From Ligilactobacillus hayakitensis DSM 18933 = JCM 14209 (GTDB lineage Bacteria > Bacillota > Bacilli > Lactobacillales > Lactobacillaceae): a stretch of DNA of 24,000 nucleotides. A program made the position numbers and the translations under genes. Within the stretch, counting starts at the first letter, position 1; every line of letters begins with the position of its first letter. Shown in pieces: positions 8,648 through 17,378 of this stretch. The notes under the pieces are model-generated. The model did not search any database, had not been told where the DNA came from, and saw nothing but the letters and a program-made list of their open reading frames with translations. The stretch covers positions 52,180 to 76,179 of the forward strand of contig NZ_BAML01000005.1 in assembly GCF_000615845.1 (NCBI RefSeq), written 5' to 3'.

Positions 8648-10190
8648 TTAATTACTTTTTTTGATTTTTACTTTACTTGAGTGAAGTTCCAAAAGAGTCC
8701 AAATTAAGATTGCAATAATTAAAATAACGGCCAATGCGGCAGTGATGTCAGCCAATCCACTTTGAGAAGCAGGGAACATTGAATGAATTTCTTTTGGAAT
8801 GTTAATTAGGTTAAGGAATGTAAGTGTAAGAATTGAAATCCAACCTAAAACGTTAATCCAAATCCGATTTTTGAATCGATCTCCCATTTCAAGAGAACTT
8901 CCTGTCATGATAACAAGTGGAAGCATTGAGAATGGTAATGCAAAAGCTAAGAAAATTTGTGAGTTATTCATTAAATCGTTCAAAGCTTCATGTTGTTCAA
9001 TTGCAGATTGATTTGCAGTCATTGAAACACAGATTAAAACTGGAACAACAGATATTAATCTTGTGATTAAACGGCGTGCCCATAAAGGAAGTTTCATATG
9101 GACAAAACCTTCCATAATAACTTGACCAGTTAATGTTCCTGTAATAGTTGAATTTTGACCCGAAGCGAGTAATGCAACTGCGAACAGAGTTGATAAAATA
9201 CCGGTTTTGGCAGCGGCAGCTAAAACTCCGTTTGACATTAAATCAGTATTTGATAAAGCTTCATACAATCCAAAGAAAGATGGATCTTCAACTGAGCCGT
9301 TTTTGAAAACTGCGACACCCATAATAAGTAGAAGAGAGTTAACAACAAAGGCTAAACTTAACTGGATATTTGAATCCCATGCTGTAAACTTAATTGCGTT
9401 AGCAACTTCTTCTTCATCTTCACGATCGAATTTACGTGTTTGTGAAACAGCAGAATGAAGATATAAGTTGTGAGGCATAACTGTGGCACCGATAATACCT
9501 AAGGCGCCTTGTAATGGGCTCATTCCATTAACAACAGGGCTTTCAGCGACAGTCTTTGATGATGGAATTAATCCAGCAACTACGCCACCCCAATCAGGAT
9601 TAGATAAGGTAACTTGATAAACGAAAACGAATAATATTACAAAAATTAAACAAACAACAATTGCTTCAATCTTTCTAAATCCGACTTTGGTTAATAGAAG
9701 TAATACGAAAACATCTAAGACAGTGATGAATACTGCTAAAATTAATGGAATCTTGAAAAGCAAGTACAATGCTATCGCTGCCCCTAAAACTTCAGCGATA
9801 TCTGTAGCCATAATCGCTAGCTCTGTCATTATCCATAAAACAATACCCAAGCTCTTACTGGTTCTAGCACGAATTGCTTGTGCTAAGTCCATTTGACTTA
9901 CGATACCCAGTTTAGCAGCCATATATTGAAGTAACATAGCAATTAAACTCGATAACAAAATCACAGACATTAAAAGGTATTGGAAGTTTTGACCACCTGT
10001 AATTGAAGTAGACCAGTTACCCGGATCCATATACTACGGCAACCAAAGCACCTGGTCCTGAATATGCAAGTAAAGTTTTGAAAAAACCTTTACCTTTTGG
10101 AATTTCAACTGTATCATTTACTTCTTCTAATGATTTACCATTTGCATAAGAAATAAATTGATGATTATTTGGCTTGTTATTATCTGTCAA
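8648..10190 (-). pseudogene. mntH: Nramp-family Mn2+/Fe2+ transporter MntH, reading frame interrupted near codon 55 (frameshift in TM1)
   Basis: The 460-aa ORF (10030..8648) starts exactly at the conserved MDPGNWSTS motif and contains MPHNLYLHS. The missing N-terminus ([57 protein letters not shown]) is encoded at 10190..10017 in another frame, with AAAGGTGG upstream of a TTG at 10190. Joining the two parts requires 2 extra nt at about 10031-10034. Confidence 0.8.
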
Positions 10191-10357
10191 AAGAATAAAC
10201 CACCTTTCTATCTATTACAGTTTGTAATTATACACTATTTTTTTGGATAGTAAAAGATTTTTTTAGGGATACAAAACTTTTACACAAAAAACTAATTTTA
10301 TAGGCATTTCGGTATTATTTTAATTGAAATTTGATATAATGAAAAAGGCCAAAATTT

Positions 10358-11410
10358 ATGGAAAGAAGAGAGTGTATGATACCAGATTTATTATTGAATT
10401 TTTTTAAAAAAGAAGAATCTAGGCGTCCTGCTGTAATTAAGTACATTTTAAAAAATAAGTTAACTAGTTCGAATATATATTGGGGATTGAAATATCAAAT
10501 CTTAGATTACCGTGGAGTATTTTTAACGATGGATGAAAAATGGTTTGATTTTCAGATTGAAAAATTTATCCAAGAAGGTATCTTAGAAGGCGATAAAAAA
10601 CAGGGATTAGTATTAACTGATTTGGGTGAAAAGAAGGTAAAGAGTTATTCTAAAAAACATTATAAATTAAGAAAACCTGGATTATTCATTAAGTATCGAG
10701 TTAATTTATTGAATGATTTAATGCTTTTATTATTTCAAATATTATCAGAATTAAAATATCAAAATAAAAAATATTATGTGGTGTCGGATAATTTAGAAGC
10801 TCAATATTATATAAAATATTGGATAAAGAAGTTTTATTCAAAAAAAGCGGTCGAGTTTCTAAAAAAATTCCTTATTGATTTTTTGGAAAAATATCCTGAA
10901 AAAGAAGCGAGCATTTTTATGGCGGGTTTTGTAGGAAATGATTTTTATGGTTTTACAAATAGTCAAATTAAATCTAAGTTTAATGTTACAGATCAAGATA
11001 TTTATTTAGTTAGAAGAGATATTTTATTAAATTTAGCGGAGGAATTGCTAAATTCTAACACGGATTTTGCAAAATTAATTAACGTGACTTTAAGTAATCA
11101 AATTATACCGGAAAGTGCGCTCGAAACTTTAAATTATTTAAAATCTGGGAAAAAAATTGATGAAATATGCAAGTTAAGAAAATTAAAAAGAAGCACCGTC
11201 GAAGAGCACACGGTATTATTAGCCTGTTTAGATGAAAAGTTTGATTTTAATATAGTTATTTCTTCTGATGAAATTAAATGGCTACAAGCAATTTTCTTGG
11301 ATGTTGATGTTAGCAAAGTTAGTTATGCTCAATTAAAGGAAAAAATTTCGGATTTTCCTTTCTATAAATTTCGCATTTATCAAATATGGAGTTTTAAAAA
11401 TAATGAATGA
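10358..11410 (+). CDS. YpbB-like RecQ-associated protein with a C-terminal helicase-type HTH (HTH_40) domain
   Basis: The 350-aa size and C-terminal segment ETLNYLKSGKKIDEICKLRKLKRSTVEEHTVLLACL fit the helicase-HTH domain. It overlaps the downstream recQ-like gene by 8 nt, matching the ypbB-recS arrangement of B. subtilis. An extended -10 (tgaTATAAT, 10332-10340) lies upstream. An alternative start is the ATG at 10376. Confidence 0.7.
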   Translation: MERRECMIPDLLLNFFKKEESRRPAVIKYILKNKLTSSNIYWGLKYQILDYRGVFLTMDEKWFDFQIEKFIQEGILEGDKKQGLVLTDLGEKKVKSYSKKHYKLRKPGLFIKYRVNLLNDLMLLLFQILSELKYQNKKYYVVSDNLEAQYYIKYWIKKFYSKKAVEFLKKFLIDFLEKYPEKEASIFMAGFVGNDFYGFTNSQIKSKFNVTDQDIYLVRRDILLNLAEELLNSNTDFAKLINVTLSNQIIPESALETLNYLKSGKKIDEICKLRKLKRSTVEEHTVLLACLDEKFDFNIVISSDEIKWLQAIFLDVDVSKVSYAQLKEKISDFPFYKFRIYQIWSFKNNE

Positions 11411-12841
11411 TATAGAATTGAAAACTAAATTAAAGGAACTATTTGGCTTTGAAAATTTTAAGTCAGGGCAACAAGAAGTCGTTCAATCAATATTGAATAA
11501 AATCAATACGATTGCTGTATTACCCACTGGAACGGGAAAGTCTTTATGTTACCAAATGCCCGGTGCATTACTAGAGGGGAGTGTCATAATAATTTCCCCC
11601 TTATTATCGCTTATGCAAGATCAAGTAGAGCAATTAAAATATCAAGGAGAAACAAGAGTGGTGGCAATTAATTCCACACTACCAGCGCAAGAAAAAAGTT
11701 TTGTGTATCAAAACATACAGAAATATAAGTATATTTTTGTATCACCGGAAATGTTAAAAAATGAATATTTTTTTTCAATATTGCAAAAAATTCGAATTGC
11801 TCTTTTTGTTGTTGATGAAGCACATTGCATTTCAACATGGGGCCCGATTTTAGACCTGATTATTTAGATTTAGGCAAAATTAAAGAAAAATTAAATAATC
11901 CGACAACATTAGCTTTAACTGCAACGGCAACAAATCAGACCCTAGATGAAATTGCTAAAAGTTTGAGAATTTCAGGAAATGTTAAAATCGTTCAAAGGTC
12001 GGTAAATAGAAAAAATATATTTTTATCAGTAAAGAAAGTTGATAACGAGACAGAAAAAGAAGACATGTTAATTAAATTACTTGATGAAGTTAAAGCTCCC
12101 GGAATAGTATATTTTTCTAGCAAAAAGAAAGCAAATACAATTTTAGAAAAAATAAAAACAAAGACGAGTTTGCAAGTTGCGGCATATCATGCAGATATGG
12201 ATAAATCAGAAAGATATATTATACAACAACAGTATATCAATAATCAGATAGACGTAATTTGTGCTACTAGTGCTTTTGGAATGGGCATAAATAAAAAAAA
12301 TATCAGATATGTAATTCATTATCATATGCCATCCGATATTGAATCTTATGTCCAAGAAATAGGTAGGGCAGGCAGAGACGGAAAGCAAAGTTTAGCGATA
12401 CTTTTATATGCCAATGGAGATGAAATGTTACAACGAAGAATTTTAGATAACACGATTCCCCAACCAAACGAAATAAATTTTTATTTTCAAAATGAACAAA
12501 AGATAAAAAATGTAGATTTTCCTATTTATGAACTGATTGGTAAGATGAAGAAAAATTTTAAAGATACGTTAGCTATGTCAGAATTTTTTGAAAAAAGAAA
12601 AAAATCAAAAATAATACAAATTCAAAAGATGAAAGCTTACATTGAAACGAATTCATGTAAAAGAGAATTTTTATTGGAATATTTTGATGAGTTAATTCCA
12701 AGTAATTTTCATAACGAAAAATGCTGCATCCAAAATACTGAAGAAATCCCGCTTGAAAAATTAAATCTTAAGAGCAATGACAAGAAAGAAGAAGTTGAAA
12801 GTGATATAAATTATCTAAAAATAATCAATAAAATTTTTTGA
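11403..12841 (+). pseudogene. recQ: RecQ-family (RecS-like) ATP-dependent DNA helicase, split into two ORFs by a 1-nt frameshift at 11840-11846
   Basis: ORF1 (11403..11867) carries FGFENFKSGQQEVV, the Walker A motif PTGTGKSLCYQ and DEAHCISTWG. ORF2 (11825..12841) continues with GPDFRPDYLDLG, LALTATAT, YHADM, ATSAFGMGINK and QEIGRAGRDG (helicase motifs II-VI), plus a C-terminal CKREFLLEYFDE...CC element resembling the RecQ zinc motif. The conserved WGxDFRP motif is cut in two by the frame change. Confidence 0.85.
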
Positions 12842-12905
12842 ATTCCTAATATTTGTTTTTGAAATATGATAGAATATATAAGAATTATTCAAGGAGGAAA
12901 GGTAT

Positions 12906-13517
12906 ATGAGTAATAGAAATGATGAAAATGAAAAATTATGGGAAAAAACATTTGAAGAAGATCGTGACGAAAACGGTAATTACTCACGAACGGTTACTAG
13001 ACGAAATGCCAAAAATAATACAGTTTTAACTACCTCGTTATTGTTAATTTTCCTGGTAATTATCATTGGAACAATTAGTCTTTATTTTGTTTCACAAAAA
13101 TCTCAGTCAAACCAAGGAGCAATTGAAGATTCAACAGTGGTGACAACTTCTTCTGAGAGCAAAGAGGCCGCTGATAAAAAAAAATCAGAGGCGAACAAGG
13201 ATAGTTCAGACGAACAATCAAAAAAAAGTAAAAAATCTTCAAAGAAAGAAACAACTTCAAAAAATGCTAATGGCAGTCAATCTGAATCAATAAGAGAAAA
13301 AAATACAAATCAAGATTCAGGTTCAGAAATAGCATCTCAACAAACAACAACATCTGGCACACAAAGAAGTGCTAATTCTCAATATACAACTGTTAATGCT
13401 GGTCAAGGGTTATACAGAATTGCAGTTAACAATGGGTTGACTGTACAACAACTTTTAGAGTTAAATCCAGGTATGGGATCGACTCTTTCACCAGGACAAC
13501 AAATTAGAATTAAATAA
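12906..13517 (+). CDS. LysM-domain membrane-anchored protein
   Basis: It has a short cytoplasmic N-terminus, one TM segment (TTSLLLIFLVIIIGTISLYFV), a Ser/Lys/Thr/Gln-rich low-complexity linker, and a C-terminal LysM domain (YTTVNAGQGLYRIAVNNGLTVQQLLELNPGMGSTLSPGQQIRIK). A strong AAGGAGG lies upstream. Confidence 0.85.
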   Translation: MSNRNDENEKLWEKTFEEDRDENGNYSRTVTRRNAKNNTVLTTSLLLIFLVIIIGTISLYFVSQKSQSNQGAIEDSTVVTTSSESKEAADKKKSEANKDSSDEQSKKSKKSSKKETTSKNANGSQSESIREKNTNQDSGSEIASQQTTTSGTQRSANSQYTTVNAGQGLYRIAVNNGLTVQQLLELNPGMGSTLSPGQQIRIK

Positions 13518-13538
13518 AACAGTGGCGGTGTAATACGA

Positions 13539-14204
13539 ATGAATGAAAAATTGCAAATAGCGATTGATGGACCTGCATCTGCAGGGAAAAGTACTGTTGC
13601 AAAATTAGTTGCAACAAAGCTAGGTTATATTTATTGTGATACTGGAGCGATGTATCGTGCGGTAACGTTTGCTGCACGAAAAAAAGGAATTCCTTTCGAT
13701 GACAATCAAAAATTATCTGAATTAATGAAAGAAATTCAGATTACGTTTTTACCTGGCGAAAATGAACAAAAAGTTTTTGTTAATGATGAAGAAGTGACAC
13801 AAGCGATTAGACAACCAGAAATTACTAATAATGTTTCTGCAGTAGCTGCACAGCCAAGTGTCAGAGAAAGTTTAACAAATCGTCAGCAAGAAATTGCTGC
13901 ACAAGGCGGTATTGTAATGGATGGACGCGACATCGGAACAACCGTCTTGCCAAATGCGCAGGTGAAAATTTTCTTGATTGCTAGCGTTCACCAAAGAGCT
14001 GTTAGACGCTTCAAGGAAAATCAAGAAAAAGGCATTAATACACCACTAGAAGTTCTAGAAGAAGAAATTAAACTTCGTGACTATAAAGATTCACATCGTG
14101 AAATTTCACCTTTAACTAAAGCAGCTGATGCAATTGAGTTAGATACTACTTCTTTAACAATTGAAGAGGTTGTAAATCAAATTATGAAAATTGCAAAAAA
14201 ATAA
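13539..14204 (+). CDS. cmk: Cytidylate kinase
   Basis: The product has IAIDGPASAGKSTVAK (P-loop), YCDTGAMYRA and VMDGRDIGTTVLP. The 221-aa length is typical, and the gene sits in the conserved position upstream of rpsA. Confidence 0.95.
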   Translation: MNEKLQIAIDGPASAGKSTVAKLVATKLGYIYCDTGAMYRAVTFAARKKGIPFDDNQKLSELMKEIQITFLPGENEQKVFVNDEEVTQAIRQPEITNNVSAVAAQPSVRESLTNRQQEIAAQGGIVMDGRDIGTTVLPNAQVKIFLIASVHQRAVRRFKENQEKGINTPLEVLEEEIKLRDYKDSHREISPLTKAADAIELDTTSLTIEEVVNQIMKIAKK

Positions 14205-14286
14205 TTAAATAAAGAACTTTTACTGGTATTTAAATAATTTTTAAGTTAAAATAACAATAGAGTTAGTCGTTTAGGAGGACATTTCC

Positions 14287-15477
14287 ATGAGTGAAACAGA
14301 AGCAAACAAAGATTTATTAGAAGCTTTAAACAGCGTTCAAGAAGTTAAAGTAGGTGACGTTGTTAAGGGTGAAGTATTAGCAATTGATGATTCTCGTCAA
14401 GTTATTGTAGGTATCGAAAATGCTGGTGTCGAAGGGGTAGTTCCTGTTCGTGAATTAAGCGCTAAAGCAGAAGATGTACAAGATACTTACAAATCTGGTG
14501 ACGTGTTAGATTTAGTTGTTATTGCACGTATCGGATCAGATAAGGAAGGCGGAAGCTACTTATTATCACAACGTCGTTTAGAAGCACGTAAAGTTTGGGA
14601 CGATGTAGAAGCTAAATTTGAAGCAGGTGAAACAATTAAGGCTCCTGTAACACAAATCGTACGTGGTGGTTTAGTTGTAGACGCAGGCGTGCGTGGATTT
14701 GTTCCAGCATCAATGGTTTCAGATCGTTTTGTACAAGATTTGAACCAATTTAAGGGTCAAGAATTAGAATTTAAGATTGTTGAAGTTGAACCTTCAGAAA
14801 ATCGTTTAATTTTATCACGTCGTGAATTAGTTCAAGAAGAACGTGATGCAAAGCGTAAAGAAGTTATGAGTAATTTAGCTGAAGGTGAAGTAATCGAAGG
14901 TAAAGTTGCACGTTTAACTAACTTTGGTGCATTTATTGACTTAGGTGGCGTAGATGGTTTAGTACACGTTTCTGAAATTTCATACAGCCGTGTAAACCGC
15001 CCAGCAGACGCATTAAAAGTTGGTGAAGAAGTTAAGGCAAAAGTTTTATCAGTAGATGAAGAAAAAGGCCGTATTTCATTATCAATTAAGCAAACTTTAC
15101 CAGAACCTTGGGAAGAGGTAGCAACAAAGGTTGCTGAAGGTGATGTTTTAGAAGGTACTGTTAAGCGTCTTACAGACTTTGGTGCTTTCGTAGAAGTATT
15201 CCCAGGTGTTGAAGGTTTAGTTCACATTTCACAAATTTCACACAAGCACATTGCTACACCAGCTGATGTACTTAAGTCAGGTGAAGAAGTTAAGGTTAAA
15301 GTATTAAACTTAGAACCTGCTAACCACCGTTTAGCATTATCAATTAAAGCTTTAGAAGAAAAGCCAGCAGAAGAAAAACAAGAAGCTCCTGTTAAGCAAG
15401 AAGAAAAAGTTGAAATTCCAGAAGAAGAAAATGGATTCACTTTAGGCGATTTAGTTGGTAACCAATTAGAAGACTAA
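14287..15477 (+). CDS. rpsA: 30S ribosomal protein S1 (four S1 domains)
   Basis: Four repeated S1 OB-fold units are present (GDVVKGEV..., VTQIVRGGLVVDAGVRGFVPAS, GKVARLTNFGAFIDLGGVDGLVHVSEIS, GTVKRLTDFGAFVEVFPGVEGLVHISQIS). Codon choice is that of a highly expressed gene (cgt/ggt/gta), and a strong TAGGAGG lies upstream. Confidence 0.95.
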   Translation: MSETEANKDLLEALNSVQEVKVGDVVKGEVLAIDDSRQVIVGIENAGVEGVVPVRELSAKAEDVQDTYKSGDVLDLVVIARIGSDKEGGSYLLSQRRLEARKVWDDVEAKFEAGETIKAPVTQIVRGGLVVDAGVRGFVPASMVSDRFVQDLNQFKGQELEFKIVEVEPSENRLILSRRELVQEERDAKRKEVMSNLAEGEVIEGKVARLTNFGAFIDLGGVDGLVHVSEISYSRVNRPADALKVGEEVKAKVLSVDEEKGRISLSIKQTLPEPWEEVATKVAEGDVLEGTVKRLTDFGAFVEVFPGVEGLVHISQISHKHIATPADVLKSGEEVKVKVLNLEPANHRLALSIKALEEKPAEEKQEAPVKQEEKVEIPEEENGFTLGDLVGNQLED

Positions 15478-15492
15478 TATTAGTTTTTATTT

Positions 15493-15527
15493 GGGTGGGA
15501 AGAGTAATCTTCCTGCCCTTTGTTTTT
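15493..15527 (+). terminator. rho-independent terminator after rpsA
   Basis: The 10-bp stem gggtgggaag / cttcctgccc (two G-U pairs, 6-nt loop) is followed by tttgttttt. Confidence 0.75.
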
Positions 15528-15564
15528 ATGTATTATTTTTTAAGTAAAGAGAGGAGATATGATT

Positions 15565-16875
15565 ATGCCAACTCCAGTAGTTGCGATTGTTGGGCGTCCA
15601 AATGTTGGAAAATCAACAATCTTTAATCGAATTGCCGGGGAAAGAATTTCAATTGTTGAAGATACTCCTGGTGTAACGCGTGATAGAATTTACGCACAAA
15701 CTGAATGGTTAGGCCGAAAATTTAATCTTATCGATACAGGTGGGATTGATATTGGTGACGAACCATTTTTAACTCAAATTACAGAACAAGCTCAAATTGC
15801 TATCGATGAAGCGGATGCTATTATCTTCGTGGTAAGTGTAAAAGAAGGTGTAACAGATGCTGATGAAAAAGTAGCTAGAATCTTGTATCAAACTGATAAA
15901 CCAGTGTTATTAGCCGTAAATAAAGTAGATAATCCAGAATTACGGGCTGATGTATACGACTTTTACTCATTAGGATTCGGAGATCCTATTCCAATTGCCG
16001 GAACCCACGGTATTGGGACTGGGGATTTACTTGATAAAGTAGTTGATACTTTCCCAAATGACGATAGTGAAGATATTGATGACTCGATTAAATTTAGTTT
16101 TATCGGTAGACCTAATGTAGGTAAATCATCATTAGTTAATGCTATTCTTGGTGAAAATCGTGTAATTGTATCAAATATTGAAGGGACTACACGAGACGCC
16201 ATTGATACTAAGTTTGAAATAGAAGATGGATCAGAATTTACGATGATTGATACTGCAGGTATTCGTAAGCGAGGTAAAGTTTACGAAAACACTGAAAAAT
16301 ATTCCGTATTACGCGCAATGCGTGCGATTGATCGCTCAGATGTAGTTTGTGTTGTTTTAAATGCTGAAGAAGGTATTCGTGAACAAGACAAGCACGTTGC
16401 AGGATATGCCCACGAAGCAGGTAGAGCAATTATTATTGTTGTTAATAAATGGGATACTTTGAAAAAAGATAATAAGACGATGGCAGATTTTGAGGCTAAA
16501 ATTCGTCAAGAATTCCAATATTTAAGTTACGCCCCAATTGTGTTTGTTTCAGCTAAAACAAAACAACGTTTAGATAGATTACCAGAATTAATTCAAAAAG
16601 TTAATAAGAATCATGAACAACGAATCTCATCCGCTGTCTTAAATGATGTTGTGATGGATGCAATTGCTCATAATCCAACACCAACAGTTAATGGTAAACG
16701 TTTACGTGTTTACTATGCTACTCAGGTAGCGGTAAAGCCGCCAACATTTGTTGTGTTCGTTAACGATCCTGAATTAATGCACTTTTCTTATGAACGTTTC
16801 TTGGAAAATCAAATTAGAGATGCTTTTGATTTTGAAGGAACACCAATTCATTTGATTGAACGTAAACGTAAGTAA
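15565..16875 (+). CDS. der: Ribosome-assembly GTPase Der (EngA), tandem GTPase domains plus a KH-like C-terminus
   Basis: There are two G-domains: [12 protein letters not shown] / DTGG / NKVD and [12 protein letters not shown] / DTAG / NKWD. I prefer the ATG at 15565 (GAGGAG with an 8-9 nt spacer) over the ATG at 15559, which sits too close to the SD. Confidence 0.95.
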   Translation: MPTPVVAIVGRPNVGKSTIFNRIAGERISIVEDTPGVTRDRIYAQTEWLGRKFNLIDTGGIDIGDEPFLTQITEQAQIAIDEADAIIFVVSVKEGVTDADEKVARILYQTDKPVLLAVNKVDNPELRADVYDFYSLGFGDPIPIAGTHGIGTGDLLDKVVDTFPNDDSEDIDDSIKFSFIGRPNVGKSSLVNAILGENRVIVSNIEGTTRDAIDTKFEIEDGSEFTMIDTAGIRKRGKVYENTEKYSVLRAMRAIDRSDVVCVVLNAEEGIREQDKHVAGYAHEAGRAIIIVVNKWDTLKKDNKTMADFEAKIRQEFQYLSYAPIVFVSAKTKQRLDRLPELIQKVNKNHEQRISSAVLNDVVMDAIAHNPTPTVNGKRLRVYYATQVAVKPPTFVVFVNDPELMHFSYERFLENQIRDAFDFEGTPIHLIERKRK

Positions 16876-16889
16876 TTAAGAATTTTACG

Positions 16890-16950
16890 GTAAAATCAGA
16901 AAATGACTTGATAACTATGTTATTATGCAAAGGTTATCAAGTCATTTTCT
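16890..16950. terminator. Bidirectional rho-independent terminator between der and the 99-aa ORF
   Basis: The perfect 17-bp hairpin gaaaatgacttgataac / gttatcaagtcattttc is followed by a T-run (tttttatttttt) and preceded by an A-rich stretch. Confidence 0.85.
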
Positions 16951-16952
16951 TT

Positions 16953-17252
16953 TTATTTTTTAAATTTTTTTCTTAACATTTCTTTTTGCTTAGTCGTAAT
17001 TTCTTTACCAGATGAAATCCGTTTAAACATATTTTTCTCTAAGGGATTGGCTTCGCGACGAATAGAAATATTTTCTAGTCTAAATAACGGCAAATTTTTT
17101 CCGAGATAGTTAGGATATTCCCAAATATCTGAATTATTTTTTTGTCTTGCATATAAGTAAATTGCATTGCCAAATACTTCATTATCAGATTTGCTTGTTT
17201 GTTCAAAAATTAAACTAACATTGCTTTTTAGTGTTACAAATTCAATATTCAT
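16953..17252 (-). CDS. Hypothetical 99-aa protein with a strongly basic C-terminal tail; no family recognised
   Basis: A strong SD is present (rc of 17253-17268: gAAGGAGGgtcatATG). A sigma-A-like promoter lies upstream: -35 TTACAA (17307-17312 rc), an 18-nt spacer, then -10 TATAAT (17283-17288 rc). It has its own terminator. It has no TM segment or signal peptide, and ends in KEITTKQKEMLRKKFKK. Confidence 0.6.
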   Translation of the reverse strand: MNIEFVTLKSNVSLIFEQTSKSDNEVFGNAIYLYARQKNNSDIWEYPNYLGKNLPLFRLENISIRREANPLEKNMFKRISSGKEITTKQKEMLRKKFKK

Positions 17253-17378
17253 ATGACCCTCCTTCAGCGTTTTTCATCTATTATTATATACCGGGGAATA
17301 TGAAATTTGTAATTAAAAGTAGAAAAATTACTAAAAAAATATTATAATTAATGAGTTATAAGATATGGAGGTTTTTTT

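Noticed and set aside
8799-9896. Plus-strand ORFs of 69-83 aa opposite mntH (8799..9011, 9207..9458, 9687..9896).
   Set aside because: These are shadow ORFs of the mntH coding strand, with no start signals or recognisable motifs.
11840-11846. Programmed -1 ribosomal frameshifting at G_GGC_CCG as the primary explanation for the split recQ.
   Set aside because: The heptamer fits the formal pattern, but C-rich Y positions are not known to be efficient slippery sites. The downstream 40 nt are AT-rich with no stem-loop or pseudoknot, and there is no internal SD-like stimulator upstream. A homopolymer indel is more parsimonious, so I keep this only as a low-probability alternative in the finding.
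10358-12841. The ypbB-like plus recQ-like gene pair as a candidate helicase-based defence module.
   Set aside because: The HTH_40 protein plus RecQ-family helicase pair corresponds to the conserved housekeeping ypbB-recS operon of Bacilli. It has no nuclease, methylase or other defence-type partner, and there is no sign of a mobile-element context.
16953-17252. Assigning the 99-aa ORF to the YjdF/DUF2992 family, because its basic C-terminal tail (NPLEKNMFKRI...TKQKEMLRKKFKK) is vaguely reminiscent of that family.
   Set aside because: The resemblance is from memory and limited to a low-complexity basic tail. The N-terminal half does not match what I recall of that family, so this is too weak to call without a profile search.
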